A stretch of DNA of 64,000 bases from assembly GCA_023898605.1 (NCBI GenBank), contig CP060230.1:67944-131943 (forward strand), in the 5' to 3' direction. The DNA comes from Candidatus Nomurabacteria bacterium. GTDB lineage: Bacteria; Patescibacteriota; Minisyncoccia; Phycocordibacterales; UBA9973. A program made the position numbers and the translations under genes. Below the pieces are notes generated by a model that made no database searches, was not told where the DNA came from, and saw nothing but the letters and a program-made list of their open reading frames with translations. Position 1 is the first letter of the stretch. Every line of letters begins with the position of its first letter. This document shows positions 34,040 through 42,206 of this stretch, one piece after another.

Positions 34040-34260
34040 AGATGAAGGAACAAAAATGCCCCTTCGAACTTATGTTGATAAGCTCGCAGGGGCGATAGTA
34101 TATCGCGGTGCCACCCTACTTTTTTCTCTGGCTCCGTATCGTTGCCTCCCCGTTGTCAGTGGTTCAAAGGCTTCGATATGCAGTAACGCTACTATATCAC
34201 AAACACATACTTAAGTAAAGCGGTAGCGAAAAGCTTTTCGCAAGTATGCTATGTATTTCT
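34040..34260 (-). promoter_or_regulatory. T-box leader upstream of aspS
   Basis: The minus strand carries AGGGTGGCACCGCG (complement of 34104-34117), matching the T-box consensus. The terminator GCCCCT..AGGGGC plus T-run lies at 34093-34052. A candidate specifier GAC-A is seen in cactGACAacgg. Confidence 0.6.
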
Positions 34261-34310
34261 AGTCCTGCATAGTCTTAGCAAACATAGTGAACTCTGTCAT
34301 CAATATATAC

Positions 34311-35594
34311 ATGACAGAAATAATAAAAGACAATTTAAAGTATTGTTTGTACGCCCGCAAATCAACCGAAGCAGAAGAAAAACAAGCTCTTTCTATTGAT
34401 TCCCAAATCAAAGAAATGAAGCAAATAGCTGATCGTGAAGGGTTAAATATTGTTGAGATTCGTCGTGAATCTCATAGTGCAAAAGAATCAGGTCAACGAC
34501 CAGTATTTGAAGAAATACTAAAGGATATAGACGACGGCATATTTAACGCCATTATCACTTGGGCACCAGATAGATTAAGTCGTAATGCAGGAGACCTAGG
34601 AAAACTGGTTGATCGTATAGATCAAAAGAAACTAACTCAAATCAAAACTTTTGGTCAGACATTTACAAACTCACCAAGTGACAAATTTCTTCTTATGATT
34701 TTGTGTTCTCAAGCAAAACTTGAGAATGACAACAAGAGTATTAATGTGAAGCGAGGTATGAGAGCACGGTGTGAAATGGGATTATGGCCAGTACAGCCAC
34801 CAACTGGATATAGAAAGCCAAATGAGAGATTGTCTAAATGTGAAGTAGAGATTGATCCAGAAAGAGCACCGGTTATCAAACAAATTTTTGAAAAGATTGC
34901 ATACGAACGATGGAGCGGAATGAGAGTATATTCGTGGTTGCGATATGAATTAAATTTTAAAACACACAAAGGATTCTATTTAAGTGTCGGAAATGTATTT
35001 AAGATAATCAACAACACCTTTTATTACGGACGATTTGAATTTCCACAAGGAAGTGGAAACTGGTATGACGGAAAACACACACCAATAATCAGTAAAGAAC
35101 TTTTTGATGATTGTCGATCTGCAATTAAAACACAGGTCATAAAAACCCATGGAAAAGAGTTTGCGTTTACTCGAATGGTGAAATGTGGATCGTGCGGATC
35201 GGGGATTACTGCTGATGAGAAGTTCAAGAAGTTGCTAAACGGAGGAGTAAATAGACATGTCTATTATAGGTGTACGAAGTCGAAAGATAGAAAATGTACG
35301 AATCCTGCAATAAACGAAGACGATCTATTAAAAGAATTTCAGAAAATGGCAGGAACTTTGGAACTTAATGAAGTACAACTTAATGAGAAATTAAATCTTG
35401 AAATTAAGAAATTCAAAAAACTTCAAGCGATGTTTTTAGGAAAGGACAACCCAGCAGATATACAGAAAGTTGATCTCAGAAATTACATGAAATTCGTTTT
35501 GAAAGACGGAACAATTTTAGAAAAACGATCGGTTCTTGATTGTATAAAAAACGATCTAGTTTTGAAAAATAAGATCATAATAGTTAAAGAGTAA
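34311..35594 (+). CDS. large serine recombinase
   Basis: Shows YARKSTEAEEKQALSIDSQ (catalytic Ser region), a recombinase domain and a Cys-rich zinc ribbon (CGSCGSG...YYRC). I prefer the ATG at 34311. Confidence 0.9.
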   Translation: MTEIIKDNLKYCLYARKSTEAEEKQALSIDSQIKEMKQIADREGLNIVEIRRESHSAKESGQRPVFEEILKDIDDGIFNAIITWAPDRLSRNAGDLGKLVDRIDQKKLTQIKTFGQTFTNSPSDKFLLMILCSQAKLENDNKSINVKRGMRARCEMGLWPVQPPTGYRKPNERLSKCEVEIDPERAPVIKQIFEKIAYERWSGMRVYSWLRYELNFKTHKGFYLSVGNVFKIINNTFYYGRFEFPQGSGNWYDGKHTPIISKELFDDCRSAIKTQVIKTHGKEFAFTRMVKCGSCGSGITADEKFKKLLNGGVNRHVYYRCTKSKDRKCTNPAINEDDLLKEFQKMAGTLELNEVQLNEKLNLEIKKFKKLQAMFLGKDNPADIQKVDLRNYMKFVLKDGTILEKRSVLDCIKNDLVLKNKIIIVKE

Positions 35595-35710
35595 AACTAA
35601 CTTTTTAAACAAAAATACCTAACGAGATCATCGTTAGGTATTTTTGTTATTCTTTATAGCAAGGGTATTTAGTGACCCTTGTCGAGTGCTCGAACTAGCA
35701 CTCGACTCTG

Positions 35711-35782
35711 TGACCCTACGGGGAATCGAACCCCGATTACCGGCTTGAAAAGCCGATGTCCTAACCGTTAGACGATAGGGCC
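35711..35782 (-). tRNA. tRNA-Glu (anticodon TTC)
   Basis: The reverse complement is GGCCCTATCGTCTAACGGTTAGGACATCGGCTTTTCAAGCCGGTAATCGGGGTTCGATTCCCCGTAGGGTCA, which folds as a cloverleaf. Confidence 0.9.
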
Positions 35783-35898
35783 ATTTGGTGGAAAGATTAT
35801 AACACAAGAAAATGATAAAGCAAACGGTATTTCCTTGTCAGATATATGTTTTGTGGTAAGATTTGTTTAAGCGTTTTTTCTGAAAAATCGGGGGAATA

Positions 35899-36048
35899 AT
35901 GGTGGGTTTTTGGCGTCGTCATTATAGTACGTCTGATTCCGTGGTTGTTTTCTGCCACCCCCGATTTTTTCCAAGTTCTTTACAATGGAAAACCCAGCGA
36001 CCGTCTGGTACGCCTCCATTATACGATTTTCTCGTTAAGTGTGTTTGA
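35899..36048 (+). CDS. possible 49-aa small ORF or structured sRNA
   Basis: The unit has the promoter TTGTCA-16-TAAGAT (35835-35862), a GGGGGA element before the ATG, and a terminator at 36065-36088. A 12-bp inverted repeat (35883-35894 / 35958-35969) spans it. Confidence 0.25.
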   Translation: MVGFWRRHYSTSDSVVVFCHPRFFPSSLQWKTQRPSGTPPLYDFLVKCV

Positions 36049-36064
36049 TTTTTTTGAATTCCGA

Positions 36065-36088
36065 CCCCCGTGCTTGCACGGGGGTTTT
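36065..36088 (+). terminator. intrinsic terminator cccccgtg-cttg-cacggggg-tttt
   Basis: Read directly from the sequence. Confidence 0.7.
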
Positions 36089-36140
36089 ATATTTGTAATA
36101 GATAAATTTCTATGTATAATCAAAAAAAACCCCTGCACCT

Positions 36141-36710
36141 ATGAAAAATATGCAAACCCTCTCCGACCATCAATTGGTCCAAATGTTCATGAGTGATGGA
36201 AATGAACAAGCTTTTGGTGAAATCTATCTTCGGTACGAAAATCCCGTGAGAGATTTTATTAAAAAATTGTTTTACGGCAGTAAAATGCCAAACTGTCAGG
36301 ACGAAGATGATATCGTTCAAGAAACCTTCCTGAATGTACATAGTGCCTTGAAAAGAGGCCTGTACAAGAATGAAGGGAGAATGAAGGCATGGATCTTTAC
36401 TGTCGCAAAGAATCTTTTTCTGACAATTTTCCAAAAAAACAAAAGGAAGCCAGTGTCGGAACTCAATGATTGGTATTCTAAAATGGTGTTTTTGCCAGAT
36501 ATAGAGAACAGAATGTTCTCCGAAAGGGCTTTCGAATTTCTACTAAAAAGCGGTAGAGATTATGATTGTTTGTTTTTGTATGCGATTGGTTTGAAATACA
36601 ACCAAATTGCAGAAGTCATGAATATCTCCAAAAACACCGTAGGGGCAAAAATATTTAAACAAAGAAAATCTTTGGAAGAGGTTTTTGCCCCAGAGAGATC
36701 AGAACGTTGA
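36141..36710 (+). CDS. ECF-type sigma-70 family factor
   Basis: Region 2 reads DIVQETFLNVHSAL...AWIFTVAKNLF. Region 4 reads the HTH YNQIAEVMNISKNTVGAKIFKQRKSL. Confidence 0.8.
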   Translation: MKNMQTLSDHQLVQMFMSDGNEQAFGEIYLRYENPVRDFIKKLFYGSKMPNCQDEDDIVQETFLNVHSALKRGLYKNEGRMKAWIFTVAKNLFLTIFQKNKRKPVSELNDWYSKMVFLPDIENRMFSERAFEFLLKSGRDYDCLFLYAIGLKYNQIAEVMNISKNTVGAKIFKQRKSLEEVFAPERSER

Positions 36711-36809
36711 AAACAACAACTGCGTGCCCCGTGCTGCGCAGTTTTTTTGTGATAAAATATTCTGGTTAATCATTTAACTAAAAAATAAAAAAATATAAAA
36801 ATCGGCACT

Positions 36810-36838
36810 TTGACATAAGTGTCGATTTTATGTAGTAT
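36810..36838 (+). promoter_or_regulatory. promoter TTGACA-17-TAGTAT overlapped by an imperfect inverted repeat
   Basis: Hexamers and spacing were read directly. The repeat tcggcac..gtgtcga flanks the -35 hexamer. Confidence 0.5.
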
Positions 36839-36857
36839 CGAAAAAAAGCACATTCAT

Positions 36858-37904
36858 ATGTCCAATAAAAAACCAGAAATGACCATAGACTATTCTAAGG
36901 CAGAAGAGGTTTTCGGAACATTGTATGATGCTTTCGAAAACAAAACTTTTCCTTTTGACCAAGTCGTTTTACCTCAAAGGAGGGATAACATGCCTGACTC
37001 GATAGAGTGGGGTGGTCGCGATCACGCACTTTTTCTGTTTACTCTATGCTACTACATGAGAGGTCAGATAAAGAGTGAAACTGCTGTAAAAAATCTCAAG
37101 AAAATATGGGAAGACAACAAAGATTTGTTCGACCCAGATTACTTGAAATTTGCGGACCACGAAACAGTTTCCAAGATTATCGAAGACAAGTTGTTTTTTA
37201 ACGGCCTCGGATTCGGATCAAAGTCCATTGCACCCCAATGGTGTCTCAACAAAGTCAAAATAGCCAATCATTGGTCAAGTGATCCACGTAAACTGTTTGA
37301 AAATGTTTCCGGATATGAAGACGCTCTAAAGGTCGTAGCAAACAAGGGTAAATGGAAAGCCGAGAAGCCAAACGGTTTCTATGGTTTCCAAGAGAAAATG
37401 GTTTCCATGCTCGCATATTTTTATGTTGATGCAGGAATTATTTCACCCCTGAGATTCCCGCCACCAATAGATTTTCATATCTTGAGAGTTCTGGTTTCAA
37501 ACGAAGTTTTGAAGATCAGTAACTTCTATCCCGGAATGAGTTTCTATTATGGTAAGACCACCGATATGGCAAGAGAGGTGACAAATTGGTGGTTGGAGAA
37601 ACATTCTAAAGATCCGATGATACTTTCCAACGTTCTGTGGCTTATGTCTCGGGACAACTGTGAAAGATCCCCAACAAACGGATCAATCATTGGAGAGTAC
37701 AAAGCAAGGAGTACTAAGGTGAATCCAAAAAATCTTTCTTTCAAGATGGCCACTAAAAGGTTCGAGAATACCTGCTTCAGGTGTCCGATCAAAGATAGTT
37801 GTAGGTATGATATACCATCGGCTTCTTATTATACACACGGAAAACTCGAAGTAAGGCAAGAGAAGAAAAAGGACTATCTGGTACAACTAAGGTTGAAACT
37901 ATAA
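36858..37904 (+). CDS. HhH-GPD-superfamily-like protein (putative DNA glycosylase) with C-terminal Cys cluster
   Basis: FYGFQEKMVSMLAYFYVDAGII..PPPIDFHILRVLVSN aligns by eye with the EndoIII hairpin region (GVGRKTA....VDTHI.RV). The C-terminal CFRCPIKDSC has C-x2-C-x5-C spacing. Confidence 0.4.
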   Translation: MSNKKPEMTIDYSKAEEVFGTLYDAFENKTFPFDQVVLPQRRDNMPDSIEWGGRDHALFLFTLCYYMRGQIKSETAVKNLKKIWEDNKDLFDPDYLKFADHETVSKIIEDKLFFNGLGFGSKSIAPQWCLNKVKIANHWSSDPRKLFENVSGYEDALKVVANKGKWKAEKPNGFYGFQEKMVSMLAYFYVDAGIISPLRFPPPIDFHILRVLVSNEVLKISNFYPGMSFYYGKTTDMAREVTNWWLEKHSKDPMILSNVLWLMSRDNCERSPTNGSIIGEYKARSTKVNPKNLSFKMATKRFENTCFRCPIKDSCRYDIPSASYYTHGKLEVRQEKKKDYLVQLRLKL

Positions 37905-37978
37905 GCGTTTGATTTGAATTTTCAGTCAAACGCTTTTTCTTTTTGCATAAAGTGGGGGATAGGAATATAATTTACATT

Positions 37979-38581
37979 ATGATAAAAGTTGACTACAAAG
38001 AAGCTTTTTTGGGGATACTAGGTGCGGTTCTTGTAATTGTTGCTATCGGAGTTGCACCACTGGAAAAAATCAAAAATTCTTCTACAAACAAAGGTGAGGT
38101 CGGTGTTTCTGATTATGAAAAAACTGTAAACGAAATACTGTCTGTTATTGCTCTATCTTCGGAAGTAAACGAGCCGGTGGGGTCTTTGTTTGAAGAATAC
38201 TACTCAACACATTCTTCTTCTGATATGAGTGTTGCAGAAAAGAATCTACTTGATCAAGCAAGACGAAGACTAGATGGGGCAGGGGTTTCACTCAGGATAC
38301 CAACTGTCGAAGGTGTGAATTTATACTCTATGCAAGGAGGTGACGGATACGGTGGATATTTCTGGGTCCTGTGGCTTTCTGAAGAAAGAAGAGCTGGACT
38401 AGTAGGTAATCCAGATATAACAATAAACTTCCCAGTAGAAGATCCGAGCGTGCTTATGGTCAGAACAGAAAAGTTTATGGTAGACGGAGAAGACCAGCCA
38501 TTAGTCAGGGGTTATCTTATAGAAAATGGTTTTGCAAACCCAACAGTCGGACCGTCTCCAGTGTTTGTAGAATATAAATAA
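37979..38581 (+). CDS. hypothetical N-terminally anchored exported protein
   Basis: Has a single N-terminal TM helix. No family was recognised. Confidence 0.45.
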   Translation: MIKVDYKEAFLGILGAVLVIVAIGVAPLEKIKNSSTNKGEVGVSDYEKTVNEILSVIALSSEVNEPVGSLFEEYYSTHSSSDMSVAEKNLLDQARRRLDGAGVSLRIPTVEGVNLYSMQGGDGYGGYFWVLWLSEERRAGLVGNPDITINFPVEDPSVLMVRTEKFMVDGEDQPLVRGYLIENGFANPTVGPSPVFVEYK

Positions 38582-38602
38582 AAATCTCCGCACAAAGCGG
38601 AG

Positions 38603-38654
38603 TTTTTTTATTCTCTATCTACTCTCTCATCGAGAAGTACTGGCTCTATGTCGC
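38603..38654. repeat. 52-bp duplicate of the rmuC 3' end (copy 1)
   Basis: Identical to 39673-39724: tttttttattctctatctactctctcatcgagaagtactggctctatgtcgc. Confidence 0.9.
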
Positions 38655-38675
38655 CAAAACTTTTTATATTTATAT

Positions 38676-38704
38676 TTGACTTATATATATTTATATAGTA
38701 TAAT
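38676..38704 (+). promoter_or_regulatory. promoter TTGACT-17-TATAAT
   Basis: Hexamers and spacing were read directly. Confidence 0.6.
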
Positions 38705-38723
38705 ATAAAAAAATAACAACAAA

Positions 38724-39668
38724 ATGCACCTTAACAAAAGCCAACAAAAAGAAGTACAAAAATTTCTACAGATGGTAGGTGCTAAAAAGCCACTTACCTT
38801 AGAAGAAGAAAAAAGACTCTTTGAAAAGAGTCTTTCAAAAGACCAAATTAAAAAATTATTGATTTCGCACAATGCTCGTTATATTGTGCATGTAGTGAAA
38901 GAACACCTTTACGAAGGTGTTGAAATAGCTGACCTTCTACAAGAAGGATTGGTAGCGACTTATGTCGCTGCCGATAAATTTGACCATACTCGTGGTTTTA
39001 AATTTATCAGCTACGCTACTCATTACATGAAAGCGTATATTTTGAAATTTTGTTCAGAGGAGATTAATTTTAGCCTAAGTGAGATGCTAAAACACATTAA
39101 GGTAAAAAAAATTTCTTCAATTTTTGAACAAAAGTTTGGGATATACCCTCTAATTCAAGATATTGCCTTTGACGAGGAGGTGATGGAATACCTTGGAATT
39201 AGTAGTGGGAATCTTAAAAAAATTTTTTACAAAATAGAGGTTCTTTCCTTGGAAGCTACTTACAAGGAAAGAAGGGATGGAGAATCCTATACCTCAAGTG
39301 TTTCACCAATCGATGTGTTGATTGATGAAACCTTCGCGATCGATCCTGAGATGGAGAAGGAGTCCTTCAGGATGGACTTAAAAGAGTTTTTCAAAATCTT
39401 AAATATCCGTCTAAGGACGGACTTGTCCTTTCTTATCTTCAATATAGGTTCGCAAGAGCTTATAAAAGATTCGAAGGACAATCTCGTCCAAGAATTGATG
39501 GAAGAATATCCATCAGGATATGAAGTTGACTTGGAAACCCTGGGACTCGTCTTGGGGATTAGCAAGGAAAGGGTAAGGCAAAGGATTCATAAGAGCATCT
39601 CTGAGCTAAGAAAAAGGGAGAAGCTTGTGAGTCTGTTTTTTGAAAAACATAGAAGCCTTCTTAATTGA
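38724..39668 (+). CDS. sigma-70 family RNA polymerase sigma factor (group 3/4-like)
   Basis: Region 2 reads DLLQEGLVATYVAADKFDHTRGFKFISYATHYMKAYI. Region 4 reads LGISKERVRQRIHKSISELRK. Confidence 0.8.
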   Translation: MHLNKSQQKEVQKFLQMVGAKKPLTLEEEKRLFEKSLSKDQIKKLLISHNARYIVHVVKEHLYEGVEIADLLQEGLVATYVAADKFDHTRGFKFISYATHYMKAYILKFCSEEINFSLSEMLKHIKVKKISSIFEQKFGIYPLIQDIAFDEEVMEYLGISSGNLKKIFYKIEVLSLEATYKERRDGESYTSSVSPIDVLIDETFAIDPEMEKESFRMDLKEFFKILNIRLRTDLSFLIFNIGSQELIKDSKDNLVQELMEEYPSGYEVDLETLGLVLGISKERVRQRIHKSISELRKREKLVSLFFEKHRSLLN

Positions 39669-39672
39669 AGGC

Positions 39673-39724
39673 TTTTTTTATTCTCTATCTACTCTCTCAT
39701 CGAGAAGTACTGGCTCTATGTCGC
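39673..39724. repeat. 52-bp repeat (copy 2), including the true rmuC stop and last 15 codons
   Basis: Identical to 38603-38654. Confidence 0.9.
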
Positions 39725-40718
39725 TAGATGCTCCAGCGATACGCAAGACGTCTTTGTCGACTTTCTTGAGTTCTTTTCCAGAAGAGTTATAGTGATTTAC
39801 TGCAGTCGATAAGGTGTTGCCGAGTTTGTTATGATAATCCTCATAAGCTTTCAAGTGTTTACCTAGATCTTCAACTCTTTTGATTATTTCTTGTGCGCGT
39901 TCTTCTATCTCTAGAGCTTTGAGCCCTTGGAGAACAGTTTGGAGGAATGCTAGGAATGAAGTAGGAGAGACTATGATAACTTTTTTTTCTTTGAACGCAT
40001 AGTCTATGAGGTCACGAGTGTTGACCTTGATACCGCCGACTTGAGCAACAAGAAGATCATAATATATAGCTTCGTGAGGTATGAACATAAACGCAAAGTC
40101 CATAGTTCCTTCGCTTGGTTTTACGTATTTACTTGTTTCGTCGATACGAAGCTTGAGATCGTTCTTGAACTGCTTCTCCAACTCTTCTCTTCGAGACTTA
40201 TCTTTTTCTTCGACAAGACGGTTGTAGTTTTCTAGAGAAAACTTGGAGTCTATCGGTATAATCTTGTCTTTGACGAAAACAACTGCATCGACAATAGTAC
40301 CGTCTTTGAAACCATACTGTACTTGGTATGAGCTTGGAGGAAGAACATTTTTCAAAACTGTTTCTAGATAATATTCGCCCAAGATACCTCTTTGTTTTGG
40401 ATTCTTGAGTATGTCCTGGAGACTTTCTAGCTGTTCGGCGAAACCTACAACTTGTTTTCCGGTTTCTTTGACTTCAGTAAGTTCGCGAGTTATTTCTCGT
40501 ATTATTTTTTGTGATTCTCCCGCTTGGTATCGTATAGATTCGTTGACTTGTCTTTCTGTTTCGCGGAGTTTCTGATCGAGAGTATTGGAGAGGTTGTTTA
40601 GTTGCTGTAGTAGTAGGGAAGAGTCGCCATCTTTTGGAGAAGAGTTCTTGTTTTTGGAAAGATAAAAAATAATCCCCAAAAGCATGATGACTATAATTCC
40701 AAAAAAGATGTTTTCCAT
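39678..40718 (-). CDS. rmuC: DNA recombination protein RmuC
   Basis: Has an N-terminal TM helix, a coiled coil, and the RmuC nuclease-like core (DAVVFVKDKIIPIDSKFSLENY). Confidence 0.9.
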   Translation of the reverse strand: MENIFFGIIVIMLLGIIFYLSKNKNSSPKDGDSSLLLQQLNNLSNTLDQKLRETERQVNESIRYQAGESQKIIREITRELTEVKETGKQVVGFAEQLESLQDILKNPKQRGILGEYYLETVLKNVLPPSSYQVQYGFKDGTIVDAVVFVKDKIIPIDSKFSLENYNRLVEEKDKSRREELEKQFKNDLKLRIDETSKYVKPSEGTMDFAFMFIPHEAIYYDLLVAQVGGIKVNTRDLIDYAFKEKKVIIVSPTSFLAFLQTVLQGLKALEIEERAQEIIKRVEDLGKHLKAYEDYHNKLGNTLSTAVNHYNSSGKELKKVDKDVLRIAGASSDIEPVLLDERVDRE

Positions 40719-40755
40719 ATCGGTTAATTATATCAGATTTTGAGTATTAAAAAAT

Positions 40756-40960
40756 TTGACTTTTGACTGATAATGTTTAATATCGGTTTTGAATAAAGCA
40801 CATATAGATGAAAGAAAAAAATATACAAAAAGTGCCCATTGTCTGGGCACCAGGGCATCATGTATCTGTAAAAACTATGGACCAGTTGCCTAGCCACAAC
40901 TACGAAACACCGGACTATTTAGTTCGGAAATGACCCAAGGCCGCGTTTGCGGCCTTTTTT
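40756..40960 (+). ncRNA. orphan small transcription unit (sRNA or 41-aa ORF at 40808..40933)
   Basis: The promoter is TTGACT-16-TAATAT (40756-40783). The body is GC-enriched. A strong terminator (aggccgc-gttt-gcggcct plus T6, 40938-40960) is oriented for the plus strand. Confidence 0.3.
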
Positions 40961-41708
40961 ATTGTTCGAGGAAATATTTGAGAGTATATAGCCAGTCTTC
41001 TTCTCCATCAGGGTTTTTTAGTTTTTCGTTGTACATCCACTCTAGATAACCTCTATCCATTTTGGCAACGTCTTCTACTTTTTGTCCGTTATATTTTCCA
41101 AAACCAAAAACTCTCATTATAGAAGGCTTGCTAGAGATTTCTATCATTTCTTTTATTGCTTCTTCTTCGTCGCCATTGTTTTTGTCTAGAAACTTTTTGT
41201 AGAGTCTTTCAAATAGTTTTCCCAGAACCAAAACATCACCCTTGGCATCATGAGCTTGAGCATCTACATCCATATCTAGAAAGTATCTTAGGTACTGCAA
41301 GTTGTATCTCGGTATTTTGGAGTCTTTGTCCATATGGCGTACGAGTCTCAGTGTGCAGATAAAGTCACCGATGTTTATGTCTTCTTTTGAAAACATATTT
41401 ATATCGAAAGGTGCGTTGTGTGCTACTGGTATATTATCTCTATCTTCAAAAAGTTTTTTGATTTTTTCATAATCAGAACTTTTTTTGAAAGCTTCTTTTC
41501 CTTCTACCATTTTGTTTGAGATATGATGAACTGCACTTGCTTCTGGTGGTATGGGTTTTCCAGGATTGTACAACTCTACAAAAATCTCACCATCTTCAAA
41601 GCTTGTGTCACCACGCTCTTTCTTGGCATAAGCTATTTGGCATAGTACATCTTCTTCTGTGTTTCCAGTAGTTTCTGTATCAAAAAATATAAAATTCTTC
41701 ATAGCCAT
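40959..41708 (-). CDS. DEDDh 3'-5' exonuclease with C-terminal DUF3820-like domain
   Basis: Shows FFDTETTG, HNAPFDINM and HDAKGDV. The C-terminal part reads KYNGQKVEDVAKMDRGYLEWMY. I place the start at the ATG at 41708. Confidence 0.8.
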   Translation of the reverse strand: MAMKNFIFFDTETTGNTEEDVLCQIAYAKKERGDTSFEDGEIFVELYNPGKPIPPEASAVHHISNKMVEGKEAFKKSSDYEKIKKLFEDRDNIPVAHNAPFDINMFSKEDINIGDFICTLRLVRHMDKDSKIPRYNLQYLRYFLDMDVDAQAHDAKGDVLVLGKLFERLYKKFLDKNNGDEEEAIKEMIEISSKPSIMRVFGFGKYNGQKVEDVAKMDRGYLEWMYNEKLKNPDGEEDWLYTLKYFLEQ

Positions 41709-41738
41709 ACTATACAACTTTTGATATAATCTTTCTAT

Positions 41739-42191
41739 ATGAGTTTGCAAACAGACATAAAAGAAAAAATAAAAGAAGCAATGTTGGCAAAGGACCAAGT
41801 AAGGCTTGGTGTTATGAGGATGCTAACTAGTGCGTTTACAAATGAGCTTGTAGCCAAGGGTAAAAAGCCGACAGAAGAACTTTCTGACGACGAGGCATTG
41901 GCCGTGATTGCAAGGCTTGCAAAACAGAGAAAAGACTCAATAAGTCAGTTCGAAGCCGGTGGAAGAATGGATCTTGTAGAAGAAGAGAAGGGTCAGCTAA
42001 CTATTCTAGAAGAATTTTTACCAGAAATGATGGGAGAAGATGAAGTTAGAAGTTTTGTTTCTACAAAGAAAACAGAGCTCGGAGTAGATGATCCAAAAGA
42101 CAAAGGAAAGCTTATGTCAGAAGTTATGAAAGAATTAAAAGGTCGAGCCGATGGAGGCATTGTAAAAAGTGTAGTAGATAGTTTGTTTTAA
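41739..42191 (+). CDS. GatB/YqeY domain protein
   Basis: Shows IKEAMLAKDQVRLGVMRMLTSAF and a 150-aa family pattern. Confidence 0.85.
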   Translation: MSLQTDIKEKIKEAMLAKDQVRLGVMRMLTSAFTNELVAKGKKPTEELSDDEALAVIARLAKQRKDSISQFEAGGRMDLVEEEKGQLTILEEFLPEMMGEDEVRSFVSTKKTELGVDDPKDKGKLMSEVMKELKGRADGGIVKSVVDSLF

Positions 42192-42206
42192 ATTTTTTAA
42201 TTATGA

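Noticed and set aside
32654-35686. The 13-bp direct repeat gacccttgtcgag (32654-32666 and 35674-35686) as att sites bracketing aspS plus the recombinase
   Set aside because: A single 13-mer match in a 64-kb window is within chance expectation. The flanks do not extend the identity. I keep it only as a weak hint.
35945-36196. The plus-strand 83-aa ORF 35945..36196
   Set aside because: It reads through a strong terminator hairpin (36065-36088) and into the sigma-factor promoter and start, so it is unlikely to be real.
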